Source: Deltaproteobacteria bacterium
GTDB taxonomy: Bacteria > Myxococcota_A > UBA9160 > UBA4427
Assembly (NCBI GenBank): GCA_029261835.1
Contig: JAJDAO010000072.1
Location: 74,841-138,840, forward strand
Direction of reading: 5' to 3'
Length of the DNA: 64,000 nt
Numbering within the stretch: position 1 is the stretch's first letter; every line of letters begins with the position of its first letter. The translations under genes were made by a program, and so were the position numbers. Below, piece after piece: positions 49,569 through 58,093 of this stretch. The notes under the pieces were generated by a model. That model ran no database searches and had not been told where the DNA came from. It saw nothing but the letters and a program-made list of their open reading frames with translations.

Positions 49569-52448
49569 TCAGATCGAGGTGTCGCTGGCGGAGGTGTGCT
49601 TGCTGACCTCGACCCGCGTGCCGCGATCGCTGGCTCCCGGCGTTCCTACCGCGAGTCTCGGCTGCAGGTGAAAATAGTCGCCCGCGAGTTGAATCGGGTT
49701 GAAGGGGTTCGGAGTGATGGCCTTCTGCGACGTGTGACCCGCAAACTGGTACGGCTCCCAGGCGTGGTAGATGATCACCTGCCCCGGTCGCACCGAGGGT
49801 GAAACCCTGGCCTGCACTTCGAAGGAGCCGGCGTCGTTGTGGACGCGCACGATCTCGCCGTCCTCGATTCCGCGCGCACCGGCGTCTTCCGGCCCGATGG
49901 TCAGCAGCGGCCCACCGCGCTGCAGACGCAGGAGCGAGACGTCGTCACGCCACGCCGCATGAACCGACCAGCGTGTGTGGCCGCTCGTCATCTGCAGCGG
50001 ATGGTTCCCGCCGATGGGCGGCGGGTCCTTGTGAACGGGCAGCTCCTCCCCGAGCTCGAAGTAGAGATCGTGGTCGATATAGAACTGCATGCGACGCGTC
50101 AGTGTGGGCCAGGGGCGCTTCTTCTCGGTATGCCAGCTATTCGCCGTGATCGTCTGGTCGGGCTCGATATCGCTGGCATTCCCAAGATTCATGTAGCCGG
50201 AGCCCAGCCCGGTGTAGCGCTCGAAGCCCTTCTGCTTGAGCTCGTCCCACCCGATCCCGTCGAGATTGTTCGCCAGCGAGAGGGCCTCCTGCATCATCGC
50301 TTCGGAGTCGTTCTCCCCGAAGCGCTGCTGAAAAGTGAACTCTTCGTAGAAGTCGTCGATACGACGGCGCTCACCAGCACGGTCTTCGAACTCACTGACA
50401 CCGCGCGCTCGGGCCCGCTCCTGCAACGCCTTCGCGAAGCCACAGTGAAACGCCCAGTCGGATCTGGACTCGCCGAGGGGAGGGACGGCCTGGGTGGTGA
50501 CGTGCGCGAAGGGTGCGATCGGTGTCGTCCACGGGATCGTATTGACTTCGTAATAGGCGGCGATCGGCAACACGAAATCGCTGTGAAGCGCGGTAAAGTT
50601 CATGCGCCAATCGAGCGTGACGATCAGCTCCAGCTTGGGCCAGAGCTCTGCGAGGATCTTCGGATAGCCCCGGTTGCGGCGCAGATAGTTGCCACCGGCC
50701 TCGAAGAAGAGGCGTGGCCGGTTGCGCGCGGGCACCTGCCAGCCCTTCTCGAAAGCCTCCTCCAGGTATTCGTGCGACTCGCGCTGCTGGCTGGGATCCC
50801 ACTTCTTCGAACCGCCCAGATCGTCCGCGAGCCCCGCGTGCTCGTAGAGGAAGATTGCGCTCGAGGGTTGACCACCGCCGGCGTGCCTCCGGCGCATCAG
50901 TTCGTACATCACCATCTCCGGCGTGTACCCATCCCACTTCATCTCGAGCACATCCAGCGCGACGGGGAGTCCCTCGGCGACCAGACCCAACCGCGGCGGT
51001 AGCGAGCCCGATCCGACGATCAGGCCTTCATGGCCCGAGAGCCACAGGTTTGGAAAACCGTTGATCCCGCTGCCCTTCCGTCCGAACTGTCCCGCCAACG
51101 CAAAGGCGAGGAACTGCGCGCGCTCCATCTCGAGCCCGTGATAGTACTTGCCGAAATTGGACTGTGTGATGCACGTGGCAGCGCGCGCCCGCGCCATCGC
51201 TCGAGCCAGCTCGCGCACCGTCTGCGGCCGAACGCCGGTGACCTCTGCCGTCGCCTGCGGTGAGTAGGCCGCGAGTCGCTCGCGGAGCAGCTCGAAGACC
51301 GGCACCACCCGCACCTCTCCTCGCGGCGTGGCGACGCGATACTCCCCCTCCAACGCGGGGTCCAGCCCCTCGAGCGCGAGGCTCGTCTGCGAAACGGCCT
51401 GAATGCTGCCAGAAGTCCTGTCGTATACCCAGAAACGATCTTCCTCGCCGCCCTGCTCGAGGTCGCTGGAACGCAGGAAGCGGCGTGTATCGCGGCATAC
51501 GAGCAGAGGCAGGTCCGTCTGCTCCGCCACGAATTTCGCGTCGTAGATATTCTCTTCGACCATCACGTGAGCCAGGGACAATCCGAATGCGGCATCGCTG
51601 GCGATGTTCAACGGGATCCACTGGTCGGCGTGAATCGCCGAGGGGTTGTAGTCGGGCGTGATTGCGACCACCCGAGCACCGCGATAGCGGGCCTCGTTGA
51701 TGAAGTGCGCGTTCGGAATCTGTGTGTAGGTCGGGTTCCCGCCCCAGACCAGAATCAGGTCGGAGTAGAAGAGGTCGTCGGCCGAGCTGCAGAAGGAGAT
51801 CTTGCCGCACGTGACGGCGGCGCCCGGGTGGTGATCTCCGAACTCCGAGTCGAGGTCCAGCACGTGAGTATCGAGCAGCGCGTGGGTACGCTGAACACCG
51901 AGGTTGGAGCCTCCCGAGCCCTCGTCCCAGATGATCGACCCGGGGCCATCGCTCGCCAGAACGTCGATGCACCGGTCGGCGATCGTGCGCAGCGCATACT
52001 CCCACGAGACTCGCTTCCAGCTTCCGGCTCCACGCGGGCCGACGCGTTCGAGCGGGTAGCGCAGGCGACCGGCGTCATACATCCGTCCGCTGAAGGAGGC
52101 GCCCTTCTGACATCCGCGCGGATTGAAGTCCGGCACGTCGGCGTTCGTCTGTGGATAGCTGCCGGTCTGCTCCTCGCGCCAGACAACGCCTTCCTTCACA
52201 TAGACGTTCCAGTTGCAGCAGCGCTGGTACCAGCAGTTCCCGTGGTGGGTCCCCTTCGCGACGCGATCCCAGGTCCACTGGCGCCGGTAGACATCCCTGA
52301 AATCGTGATAGTGAATCTCGCGCACGATCGGCGCGACGGATCCAGATGAATCCTGTCGCGCTTCGCCGCAGCGGAGCTGGAGGAGTGAGAGGGCGAGCAG
52401 ACCGCCACCGCCCTGCAGAAAGCGCCGCCGCGTGATGGGGGCTCGCAC
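49569..52448 (-). CDS. Tat-exported molybdopterin-dependent oxidoreductase catalytic subunit, NarG/EbdA-like
   Basis: 959 aa. GTG start after GGAG. Twin-arginine signal MRAPITRRRFLQGGGGLLALSLL; HHGNCWYQRCC...GCQKG cluster motif; ITPDYNPSA. Confidence 0.9.
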   Translation of the reverse strand: MRAPITRRRFLQGGGGLLALSLLQLRCGEARQDSSGSVAPIVREIHYHDFRDVYRRQWTWDRVAKGTHHGNCWYQRCCNWNVYVKEGVVWREEQTGSYPQTNADVPDFNPRGCQKGASFSGRMYDAGRLRYPLERVGPRGAGSWKRVSWEYALRTIADRCIDVLASDGPGSIIWDEGSGGSNLGVQRTHALLDTHVLDLDSEFGDHHPGAAVTCGKISFCSSADDLFYSDLILVWGGNPTYTQIPNAHFINEARYRGARVVAITPDYNPSAIHADQWIPLNIASDAAFGLSLAHVMVEENIYDAKFVAEQTDLPLLVCRDTRRFLRSSDLEQGGEEDRFWVYDRTSGSIQAVSQTSLALEGLDPALEGEYRVATPRGEVRVVPVFELLRERLAAYSPQATAEVTGVRPQTVRELARAMARARAATCITQSNFGKYYHGLEMERAQFLAFALAGQFGRKGSGINGFPNLWLSGHEGLIVGSGSLPPRLGLVAEGLPVALDVLEMKWDGYTPEMVMYELMRRRHAGGGQPSSAIFLYEHAGLADDLGGSKKWDPSQQRESHEYLEEAFEKGWQVPARNRPRLFFEAGGNYLRRNRGYPKILAELWPKLELIVTLDWRMNFTALHSDFVLPIAAYYEVNTIPWTTPIAPFAHVTTQAVPPLGESRSDWAFHCGFAKALQERARARGVSEFEDRAGERRRIDDFYEEFTFQQRFGENDSEAMMQEALSLANNLDGIGWDELKQKGFERYTGLGSGYMNLGNASDIEPDQTITANSWHTEKKRPWPTLTRRMQFYIDHDLYFELGEELPVHKDPPPIGGNHPLQMTSGHTRWSVHAAWRDDVSLLRLQRGGPLLTIGPEDAGARGIEDGEIVRVHNDAGSFEVQARVSPSVRPGQVIIYHAWEPYQFAGHTSQKAITPNPFNPIQLAGDYFHLQPRLAVGTPGASDRGTRVEVSKHTSASDTSI

Positions 52449-52470
52449 GCCAAGACTCCGTCGATCCCGG

Positions 52471-52662
52471 TCAGGACGGCCTGGACAGAATGACGGCGCC
52501 GTTCTGGAAGTCGACCTCTCGAATCACGCCCTCGATCTCTTTCGTCTCTCCGAAGAGCGTCGCGATGCGAATCCGCTTGCCATCGCACTCGATCATCGCG
52601 ATGTCTTCGAGTACCAGCTCACGCTCGCCATTCTCGTCGAAGTACGCACTCGCCATGCACAT
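52471..52662 (-). CDS. cooT: CooT-family nickel-binding protein
   Basis: ORF 52471..52707 trimmed to ATG 52662 (GGGAGGA 7 nt upstream). The 63-aa product starts MCMASAYF... like R. rubrum CooT (MCMAK..., Cys2 is the Ni ligand), with a conserved TLFGE-type segment. Confidence 0.75.
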   Translation of the reverse strand: MCMASAYFDENGERELVLEDIAMIECDGKRIRIATLFGETKEIEGVIREVDFQNGAVILSRPS

Positions 52663-52663
52663 G

Positions 52664-52879
52664 TCACGGTCCTCCCAACTCGTCGAGGGCGCCCTGCAGA
52701 ACGTCATTCGCCCGACGCATCTGCTCCGCGGCCTCGAGAATGCGTTGTGAAACGCCGGCGTGTCCCGAAGCCTCGGCCTTCTCTGCCCATTTTCGGAACT
52801 CCTGCATATGCCCTTTGTTGTGCTCCATCCAGTGTTCGAGCACGATGGTCAACTTGCCCTCTTTGCTCTCCGTGGTCAT
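52664..52879 (-). CDS. CooJ-like small helical nickel-binding protein (no His tail)
   Basis: ORF 52664..52963 trimmed to ATG 52879 (GGGAG upstream). 71 aa. EHWMEHNKGHM matches the CooJ H-(W/F)-X2-H-X3-H Ni(II) site motif exactly. Stop lies 1 nt before the cooT ATG. Confidence 0.6.
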   Translation of the reverse strand: MTTESKEGKLTIVLEHWMEHNKGHMQEFRKWAEKAEASGHAGVSQRILEAAEQMRRANDVLQGALDELGGP

Positions 52880-52916
52880 CTTCCCAGCTCCCATATGCAG
52901 ACTTATGCGCTCAGTG

Positions 52917-53732
52917 CTAACTCGGATCGCGCGAGAGAATCCATCGATCGACGATCTCGCCAACGGCCACGATACCAGGTGAGTCCGGTGGCAGCTCAGT
53001 GAGGGGCTTCCCGATCAGATCGTGGTAGGCAACTCGCTCGTCCTGCGGAATGAATCCGACGACCTCCACCCCCACCGACTGCGCCGCCCGCTCGACCAGC
53101 TCTTCGTTTCCCTGAACGCGGTTCAGGACCAGACCGAGACGACCACACTCGATGACGTTCTCCTCTTCGACCATTCGCTTCACCAACGAAGCGGTCTGCA
53201 GACCGCGCGAGGTCGCATCACTGACGATGATCAGAGTGTCGACCCGTCGCATCACCTGGCGATTGATCTGCTCGAGCCCCGCCTCCCCGTCGATCAAGAT
53301 CGTGTCGAAGTCTTGCGAAAGCGCCTCGATGGTTCCGCGCAACAGGTCGTTGACCGGGCAGTAGCAACCCTTCGTCTCGGTTCTCCCCATCGCGAGCAGG
53401 GCGTAGTCCTCCTGCTCGCTCAGCGCCTCGAGAACCATGTAGTCGAGCATGTCGATCAGTTGAGTCTTTTGCTCTCGATTGGCTCGTCTCGACCTGGCGA
53501 TGATCTCCTCGCGAACTTCTCCCATCGTCCGCTTCACCTCGACATCGAGCGCCAGCGGCAACCCCTTGGCCGGGTCCGCGTCGATCAGCAGCAGCCGTCC
53601 CGTGCGGTCCCGGTCCAGCAGTACCTTGCTCATCATCGCGGTGAAGGCAGTCTTTCCGACGCCACCCTTGCCACAGACGGCGATCAACCTCGTCTGCTGC
53701 CCACTCGTGCCCACACTGGCCGCCTCCACCAC
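52917..53732 (-). CDS. cooC: CooC/AcsF-type nickel-insertion ATPase (MinD/ParA class)
   Basis: 271 aa. Deviant Walker A CGKGGVGKT; metal-bridging C-x-C motif TKGCYCPVN; GGAGGGG SD before GTG 53732. Confidence 0.8.
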   Translation of the reverse strand: MVEAASVGTSGQQTRLIAVCGKGGVGKTAFTAMMSKVLLDRDRTGRLLLIDADPAKGLPLALDVEVKRTMGEVREEIIARSRRANREQKTQLIDMLDYMVLEALSEQEDYALLAMGRTETKGCYCPVNDLLRGTIEALSQDFDTILIDGEAGLEQINRQVMRRVDTLIIVSDATSRGLQTASLVKRMVEEENVIECGRLGLVLNRVQGNEELVERAAQSVGVEVVGFIPQDERVAYHDLIGKPLTELPPDSPGIVAVGEIVDRWILSRDPS

Positions 53733-53734
53733 GC

Positions 53735-54586
53735 CTACCCCTCCGCCCTCTTCGCCTTCTTCGCCGACTGGGCCGCCCGTTTCGCCTGTCTGCGCAGCAG
53801 AACGACCTCGCGGATGTCATCGCAATCCTGCTGCTCGCTGCAGGATCCACAGTCGTGCGAGACGCTGCAGGCGGCGGGATCGAAGCCCTTGGCGCGCCAC
53901 GCCTCTTTCGCCAGCTCCGCTCCGATCAAGCTGGCCTCTTCGGCGATCTCTCCCAGCCGCTCCACGTCCTCGCGTCCCGAGGTGACGAAGAGCACCTGCA
54001 TCGTCCGAATCTTGGGCAGCTCGCCCTTGAAGATCGCGATCAGTGCTGCGCCGAGCGCCTCGAAGTCGAATCCCTTGCCGGCGATCTCCCGGCCAACGCG
54101 ACTCCAGAGCCGACCCGGCGCGCGACGGATCATGTACCCCTCGATCTGGTTCGCGACGAACTGCTTGAGTTCGAGCGCCGACTGGTCCCCTTTGTCGAGC
54201 GCTTCGCCGCCCACCATCACCACCTGGCCGAATGGCAGGCTGGCGCCCTCGGACTCCTGCAAGCCGGGGCCGACGAGCGTGATTCGGCCGTCCTCGATCA
54301 GCTCGGACCGCCGGGTCCAGAGCAGCAGCGGGCAGGAACCCGCGTCGGGGCTGCCCAGCTCCGCGAAGACGTCCTTTCGCAGGATCAGTCCCGAGTGGGC
54401 TCCGGGCCCGACCCGCATCGGCAACTTCTCGAGCAGCGCATCCGCCTCACCCCGTGCATGCCAAACGCGAGTGGGACGACCCGCCGCGCCCAGTTCTTCG
54501 ACGAGGCGAGCTACCTCTGCGATGTGGAGGTCGAAGCTCTGGCCGGGCGGGGCGTCGTCCACATCGCGACTCGCGGGCTCACTCAT
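53735..54586 (-). CDS. acetyl-CoA synthase (AcsB/CdhC) middle-domain-like protein with C-terminal 4-Cys motif
   Basis: 283 aa. MRVGPGAHSGLILRKDVFAELG...IEDGRITLVGPGLQESEGASLPFGQVV...QIEGYMIRRAPGRLWSRVGREIAGKGFDFEALGAALIAIFKGELPKIRTMQVLFVTSG aligns by eye with Moorella AcsB residues about 300-490, recalled from memory. Ends with CSVSHDCGSCSEQQDC. Confidence 0.6.
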   Translation of the reverse strand: MSEPASRDVDDAPPGQSFDLHIAEVARLVEELGAAGRPTRVWHARGEADALLEKLPMRVGPGAHSGLILRKDVFAELGSPDAGSCPLLLWTRRSELIEDGRITLVGPGLQESEGASLPFGQVVMVGGEALDKGDQSALELKQFVANQIEGYMIRRAPGRLWSRVGREIAGKGFDFEALGAALIAIFKGELPKIRTMQVLFVTSGREDVERLGEIAEEASLIGAELAKEAWRAKGFDPAACSVSHDCGSCSEQQDCDDIREVVLLRRQAKRAAQSAKKAKRAEG

Positions 54587-54616
54587 TCGCCCTTCCCGAT
54601 CGCCACGCCCGCCCGC

Positions 54617-55405
54617 CTAGAGCTTCGCATCCAGCCTCTCCCGAGCGAGGAGGGCCGCCCCGAGCGCGCCCGCGAGCTGGGGATCGCGCGGCAGCCTCTT
54701 CACTTCGACCTCCAGCGACTCTCCAATCGCCTTCACCAAGCCGTCATTCTTCGAGCAGCCGCCGGTGAGCACGACGTCTTCGATCACGCCCACGCGGCGC
54801 GCCATTCCCTTCAGCCGCTTGGCGACCGAGAGGTTCACTCCGGCAATGATGTTGCGAAAGTCGGTGCCCTCATTGACGAGGGTCACGACCTCGGACTCCG
54901 CGAACACGCTGCACTGGTTGGAGATCACGCAAGGCTTCTCTCCCTGGTTCTCCAAGGCCGAGATCCCGTCGAGTCCGCAGCCGAGCCCACGTGAGATGCC
55001 TTCGAAGAACCGCCCGGTGCCCGCAGCGCAGCGATCATTCATGACGAACTCGAGCACGCCGCCCTTGGGCGAGACGGAGATCACCTTGCAGTCCTGTCCG
55101 CCGATATCGATCACAGTCCGCACGCTGGGCACCATCCAGTGGGCACCCTTCGCATGGCAAGCGATCTCCGACACGTTCTCGTTGGCAAACGGGATGTCGA
55201 GTCGGCCGTATCCGGTACTCACGGTGTTCTCGATGTGGTCGACGGAGGGAACACCCGCCTCCGCCAACGCCGCTTCGATCACCCGATTTGCCATCTTCAA
55301 GGGGTGTGCCGTCGACGGTTCTATGTGCGTGCCAATCACGTCTCCGTCTTTCATGACGACGGCCTTGCCAGTAGCCGATCCGAGATCGATGCCCGCGACG
55401 ATCAT
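54617..55405 (-). CDS. acyl-CoA dehydratase activase (HgdC/BcrAD_BadFG ATPase)
   Basis: 262 aa. GIDLGSATGKAVV, DIGGQDCKVI, NDRCAAGTGRFFE, LTGGCSKN. Confidence 0.9.
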   Translation of the reverse strand: MIVAGIDLGSATGKAVVMKDGDVIGTHIEPSTAHPLKMANRVIEAALAEAGVPSVDHIENTVSTGYGRLDIPFANENVSEIACHAKGAHWMVPSVRTVIDIGGQDCKVISVSPKGGVLEFVMNDRCAAGTGRFFEGISRGLGCGLDGISALENQGEKPCVISNQCSVFAESEVVTLVNEGTDFRNIIAGVNLSVAKRLKGMARRVGVIEDVVLTGGCSKNDGLVKAIGESLEVEVKRLPRDPQLAGALGAALLARERLDAKL

Positions 55406-55444
55406 GACTTCCCGCCCTTCCCCACTGCGCTGCGTCTCGCCCGA

Positions 55445-56743
55445 CTAGCCAACACCAATACCGGCGAAGAAACGTGCGAACTTGTCCTTGATCTGATCCG
55501 GCGTCGTGTACCGACGATCGAAGATGTCCATGCGGATGTCCATGAATGGGACACCCAGCTCACGACAGGCCTCTCTCATGATACCGAAGGTGCCCTGAGT
55601 CTCCTTGTGGCCCATATGGCCGGGCCAGACGACGACATCGATCTGGTAGTCCTTGACGATCCGCACCAGATCGTCGACGAAGCCCTCGGCCGGTCCCATC
55701 GCCTGTCTGACCATCGGGGTGTCGAAGAGGCCTCGCTTGGCCAGGCCTCGCCAGATTTCCTGCTCGTCCGAGGTGTCGATCGTCGTATAGGGATGGTTCC
55801 CGAACATGTCCATCACGACGACCGCGCCGAACTCCTCTTCGAGCCACGGCATGAACTCGAAGATGAAGCCGCTCGGCATGATGTCGAACCAGAACAGCCT
55901 GATCTTCTCCTTCTCTACGGCGCCGATCCCCTTCTCGACCTTCTCCTCGGTCAGGTCGACGAGATTCTGGAACCACTCGGTTCCATCCTTGTGCCCCACC
56001 TTGAACATCTGCGATACCGCAAAGCACATCGGGCCTCCGAGGCCATAGCCGTGGGGGCACGGAACCGCGCGTCGGAGCTCGTTGTACTCCTGCCACAGGA
56101 GATACTGACGGTCGCTCTCCTCTACGACCTCTCGCAGGCGATCCATGTCCAGCTTGGCGCCCGTCTCCTTCTCGAGAAAGGCCGTCATCTTCTTCAGCTC
56201 GTTGGCGAAGTAATCAATGCTGCGATCGTCGTTGAAGTAGGGCGGATCGGGGCAGAACATTGGAATGTGCCCCCAGGTCTTGCTGTGCTTGATTACCTGG
56301 TGGAGCATCGGCATGCCGTCACAGGGGAAGATGAAGCCGATCACCGCGCTCGGAACTGGCACCAGATCTTTCTCGACGTAGTAGATGCTGGATCGAATCG
56401 CGGTGCAGAGATCGGTCCCCAGTCCCATCGCGCCCGTCTCGTCGATCTGATCGGAGAGCCCCTCGACGCTGACAGCCATGAAGGGAGCCTCGTAGAGCAT
56501 CAGCCATGGGATGTCCATGGCCTCGGTGATCTCCGGGGCCGTGCAGTAGTTGTTGTTGACGAACGGCCGGCCTTCCTCGTGGGCGGTCAGGATCGTGTCT
56601 CGAGCCTCGCTCACGAACTTGGCCAGCCTGCCCGCGACACGGATCTCGGGATTCTCACTCTGCTGAGAGAGCGCGTAGAAGCCGGCGTAGCGCTCACGAT
56701 CCTCTTTATAGGACCGGATGCCCCGATGTTCTTCAGTCGTCAT
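55445..56743 (-). CDS. 2-hydroxyacyl-CoA dehydratase / benzoyl-CoA reductase D-component family subunit
   Basis: 432 aa. Pattern typical of HgdA/B-BcrB/C proteins (NNNYCTAPEI..., LGTDLCTAIRS, IFPCDGM). Confidence 0.8.
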   Translation of the reverse strand: MTTEEHRGIRSYKEDRERYAGFYALSQQSENPEIRVAGRLAKFVSEARDTILTAHEEGRPFVNNNYCTAPEITEAMDIPWLMLYEAPFMAVSVEGLSDQIDETGAMGLGTDLCTAIRSSIYYVEKDLVPVPSAVIGFIFPCDGMPMLHQVIKHSKTWGHIPMFCPDPPYFNDDRSIDYFANELKKMTAFLEKETGAKLDMDRLREVVEESDRQYLLWQEYNELRRAVPCPHGYGLGGPMCFAVSQMFKVGHKDGTEWFQNLVDLTEEKVEKGIGAVEKEKIRLFWFDIMPSGFIFEFMPWLEEEFGAVVVMDMFGNHPYTTIDTSDEQEIWRGLAKRGLFDTPMVRQAMGPAEGFVDDLVRIVKDYQIDVVVWPGHMGHKETQGTFGIMREACRELGVPFMDIRMDIFDRRYTTPDQIKDKFARFFAGIGVG

Positions 56744-56746
56744 GGC

Positions 56747-57892
56747 TCATTTCCCCATACTTTCGATGAATGCCTGGACGCGAGTCTTCAGCTGACCTGT
56801 TGCGCTGGTGAGATACTCGCGATCGATTCGCAGAAAGGGAATCCCCTCGTCTGCAAGATCCATGTCCAGCATGTAGTTTTCCACGTCCCACTGATCACAG
56901 AACATCATCTTCTCGCCCAAGACGCCGTCGCAGTTGAAATCACGACACATCTTGACCGTGAACTGGGTGCGTTTCTCCTGCGTGTCGAGGAGCCGCGGAC
57001 AACTCGGCCGGTCCGCCAGGTAGTAGCGAGCCAGCGCCTCGAGAGGATCCTCCGCCTCTTCGTCGATGTCCTGCCACATCAGCCGAGCTCCAAAGCAGGT
57101 CCCGTCGGTAACGACGAGCCCCCCCACCGACTCGACCGCACGCACCCAGGCGGGATCGTCCAAGATACCACCCGTAATCATCAGTCTGGCGCGGTAATCC
57201 CCCTCGCCCTGCACGCCGTCGAGCTCCGTCAGAAGTCGGCTGAGCAGCGCGTTGTACTCCTCTTTCGGCATCGCCGTTCCGGCAACCATGATCACGAGGG
57301 CCTGCTCGCCGTTGATCGGCGGTCGCTCCTGCTTGCGAAGCGCATACAGGGCGCGCTGGAGCCCCCGCCCCTGATTCGCGAGCCGAATCGCCGCCCTGAC
57401 ATCGTCATCCTTGATCTCGACGGCGAAGCTCTCGGCCAGCGCATCGCGCAGCATCCTGCACTCCTGGGTGTACCACTGGATCTGGTCCGGTCCCGACTGG
57501 CGAGGCAGGCTGATGAAGTGAAGAAAGCCGGTGTCGACGTTTCGCTTCCAATTATCGTAGAGCCTGCGAATGTGGTCGCAGCTGTTGATGCCCACGACAC
57601 CATCGAGGAATTCGAACTCTCCCTCCAGCGCCAGGTTGAGACAATGTCGAGGAAAGGAGCAATTCAGATTGGTGAAGTAGGCGTCCGCCAGATCGGTGCC
57701 CGTGCTGCCGGTGGCGCGCATCCTGAAGGGCAACAAGCCCGCCGCCATGAAGAGCTCTTCCGGCACCATCGAGCAGAGGAAACCGATCACGCGGCCGCCG
57801 TCATCCCGCCAGCGCTGCAGCGCTGGATTGACCAGCGTCGAAGCGGCCTCGGCCATGGTCGCAAAGGCTTCCGAGCTGGCAGTAGGATCCAT
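56747..57892 (-). CDS. 2-hydroxyacyl-CoA dehydratase / benzoyl-CoA reductase D-component family subunit
   Basis: ORF 56747..57940 trimmed to ATG 57892 (GGAGGAG 5 nt upstream). RVIGFLCSMVPEELFMAAGLLPFR, NLNCSFPRHC, INSCDHIRR. Confidence 0.8.
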   Translation of the reverse strand: MDPTASSEAFATMAEAASTLVNPALQRWRDDGGRVIGFLCSMVPEELFMAAGLLPFRMRATGSTGTDLADAYFTNLNCSFPRHCLNLALEGEFEFLDGVVGINSCDHIRRLYDNWKRNVDTGFLHFISLPRQSGPDQIQWYTQECRMLRDALAESFAVEIKDDDVRAAIRLANQGRGLQRALYALRKQERPPINGEQALVIMVAGTAMPKEEYNALLSRLLTELDGVQGEGDYRARLMITGGILDDPAWVRAVESVGGLVVTDGTCFGARLMWQDIDEEAEDPLEALARYYLADRPSCPRLLDTQEKRTQFTVKMCRDFNCDGVLGEKMMFCDQWDVENYMLDMDLADEGIPFLRIDREYLTSATGQLKTRVQAFIESMGK

Positions 57893-58093
57893 CGACGCTC
57901 CTCCGTCTGTGGGTTGCGGTGAGCTGGTCGCCCGGCTCACGACGTCTGCTGAGCCTCCATCCTCTCACGATACGCGGACCCGGTTCGGCGAACATCGTCC
58001 ATATTGACTATCCGGGGCCTTGCGCCGCAAGCTGCGAGCGGCGGACGTAGCGCCCCGCCTTGCGAGTGCCGGCCCAGTGATACAATCCCCGGC

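Noticed and set aside
55139-57922. 927-aa plus-strand ORF, the longest unexplained ORF in the track
   Set aside because: It is exactly antisense to the two dehydratase-like genes and the activase. Its composition is R/H/L/A/G-rich with no recognisable motif, whereas the minus-strand products have clear family signatures and SD-preceded starts. This is a typical shadow ORF of GC-rich DNA. The same reasoning removes 53022..54620, 5312..7045, 7169..8665, 19587..21284, 40265..42106, 49839..51002, 59028..60170, 60716..61996 and 13967..14983.
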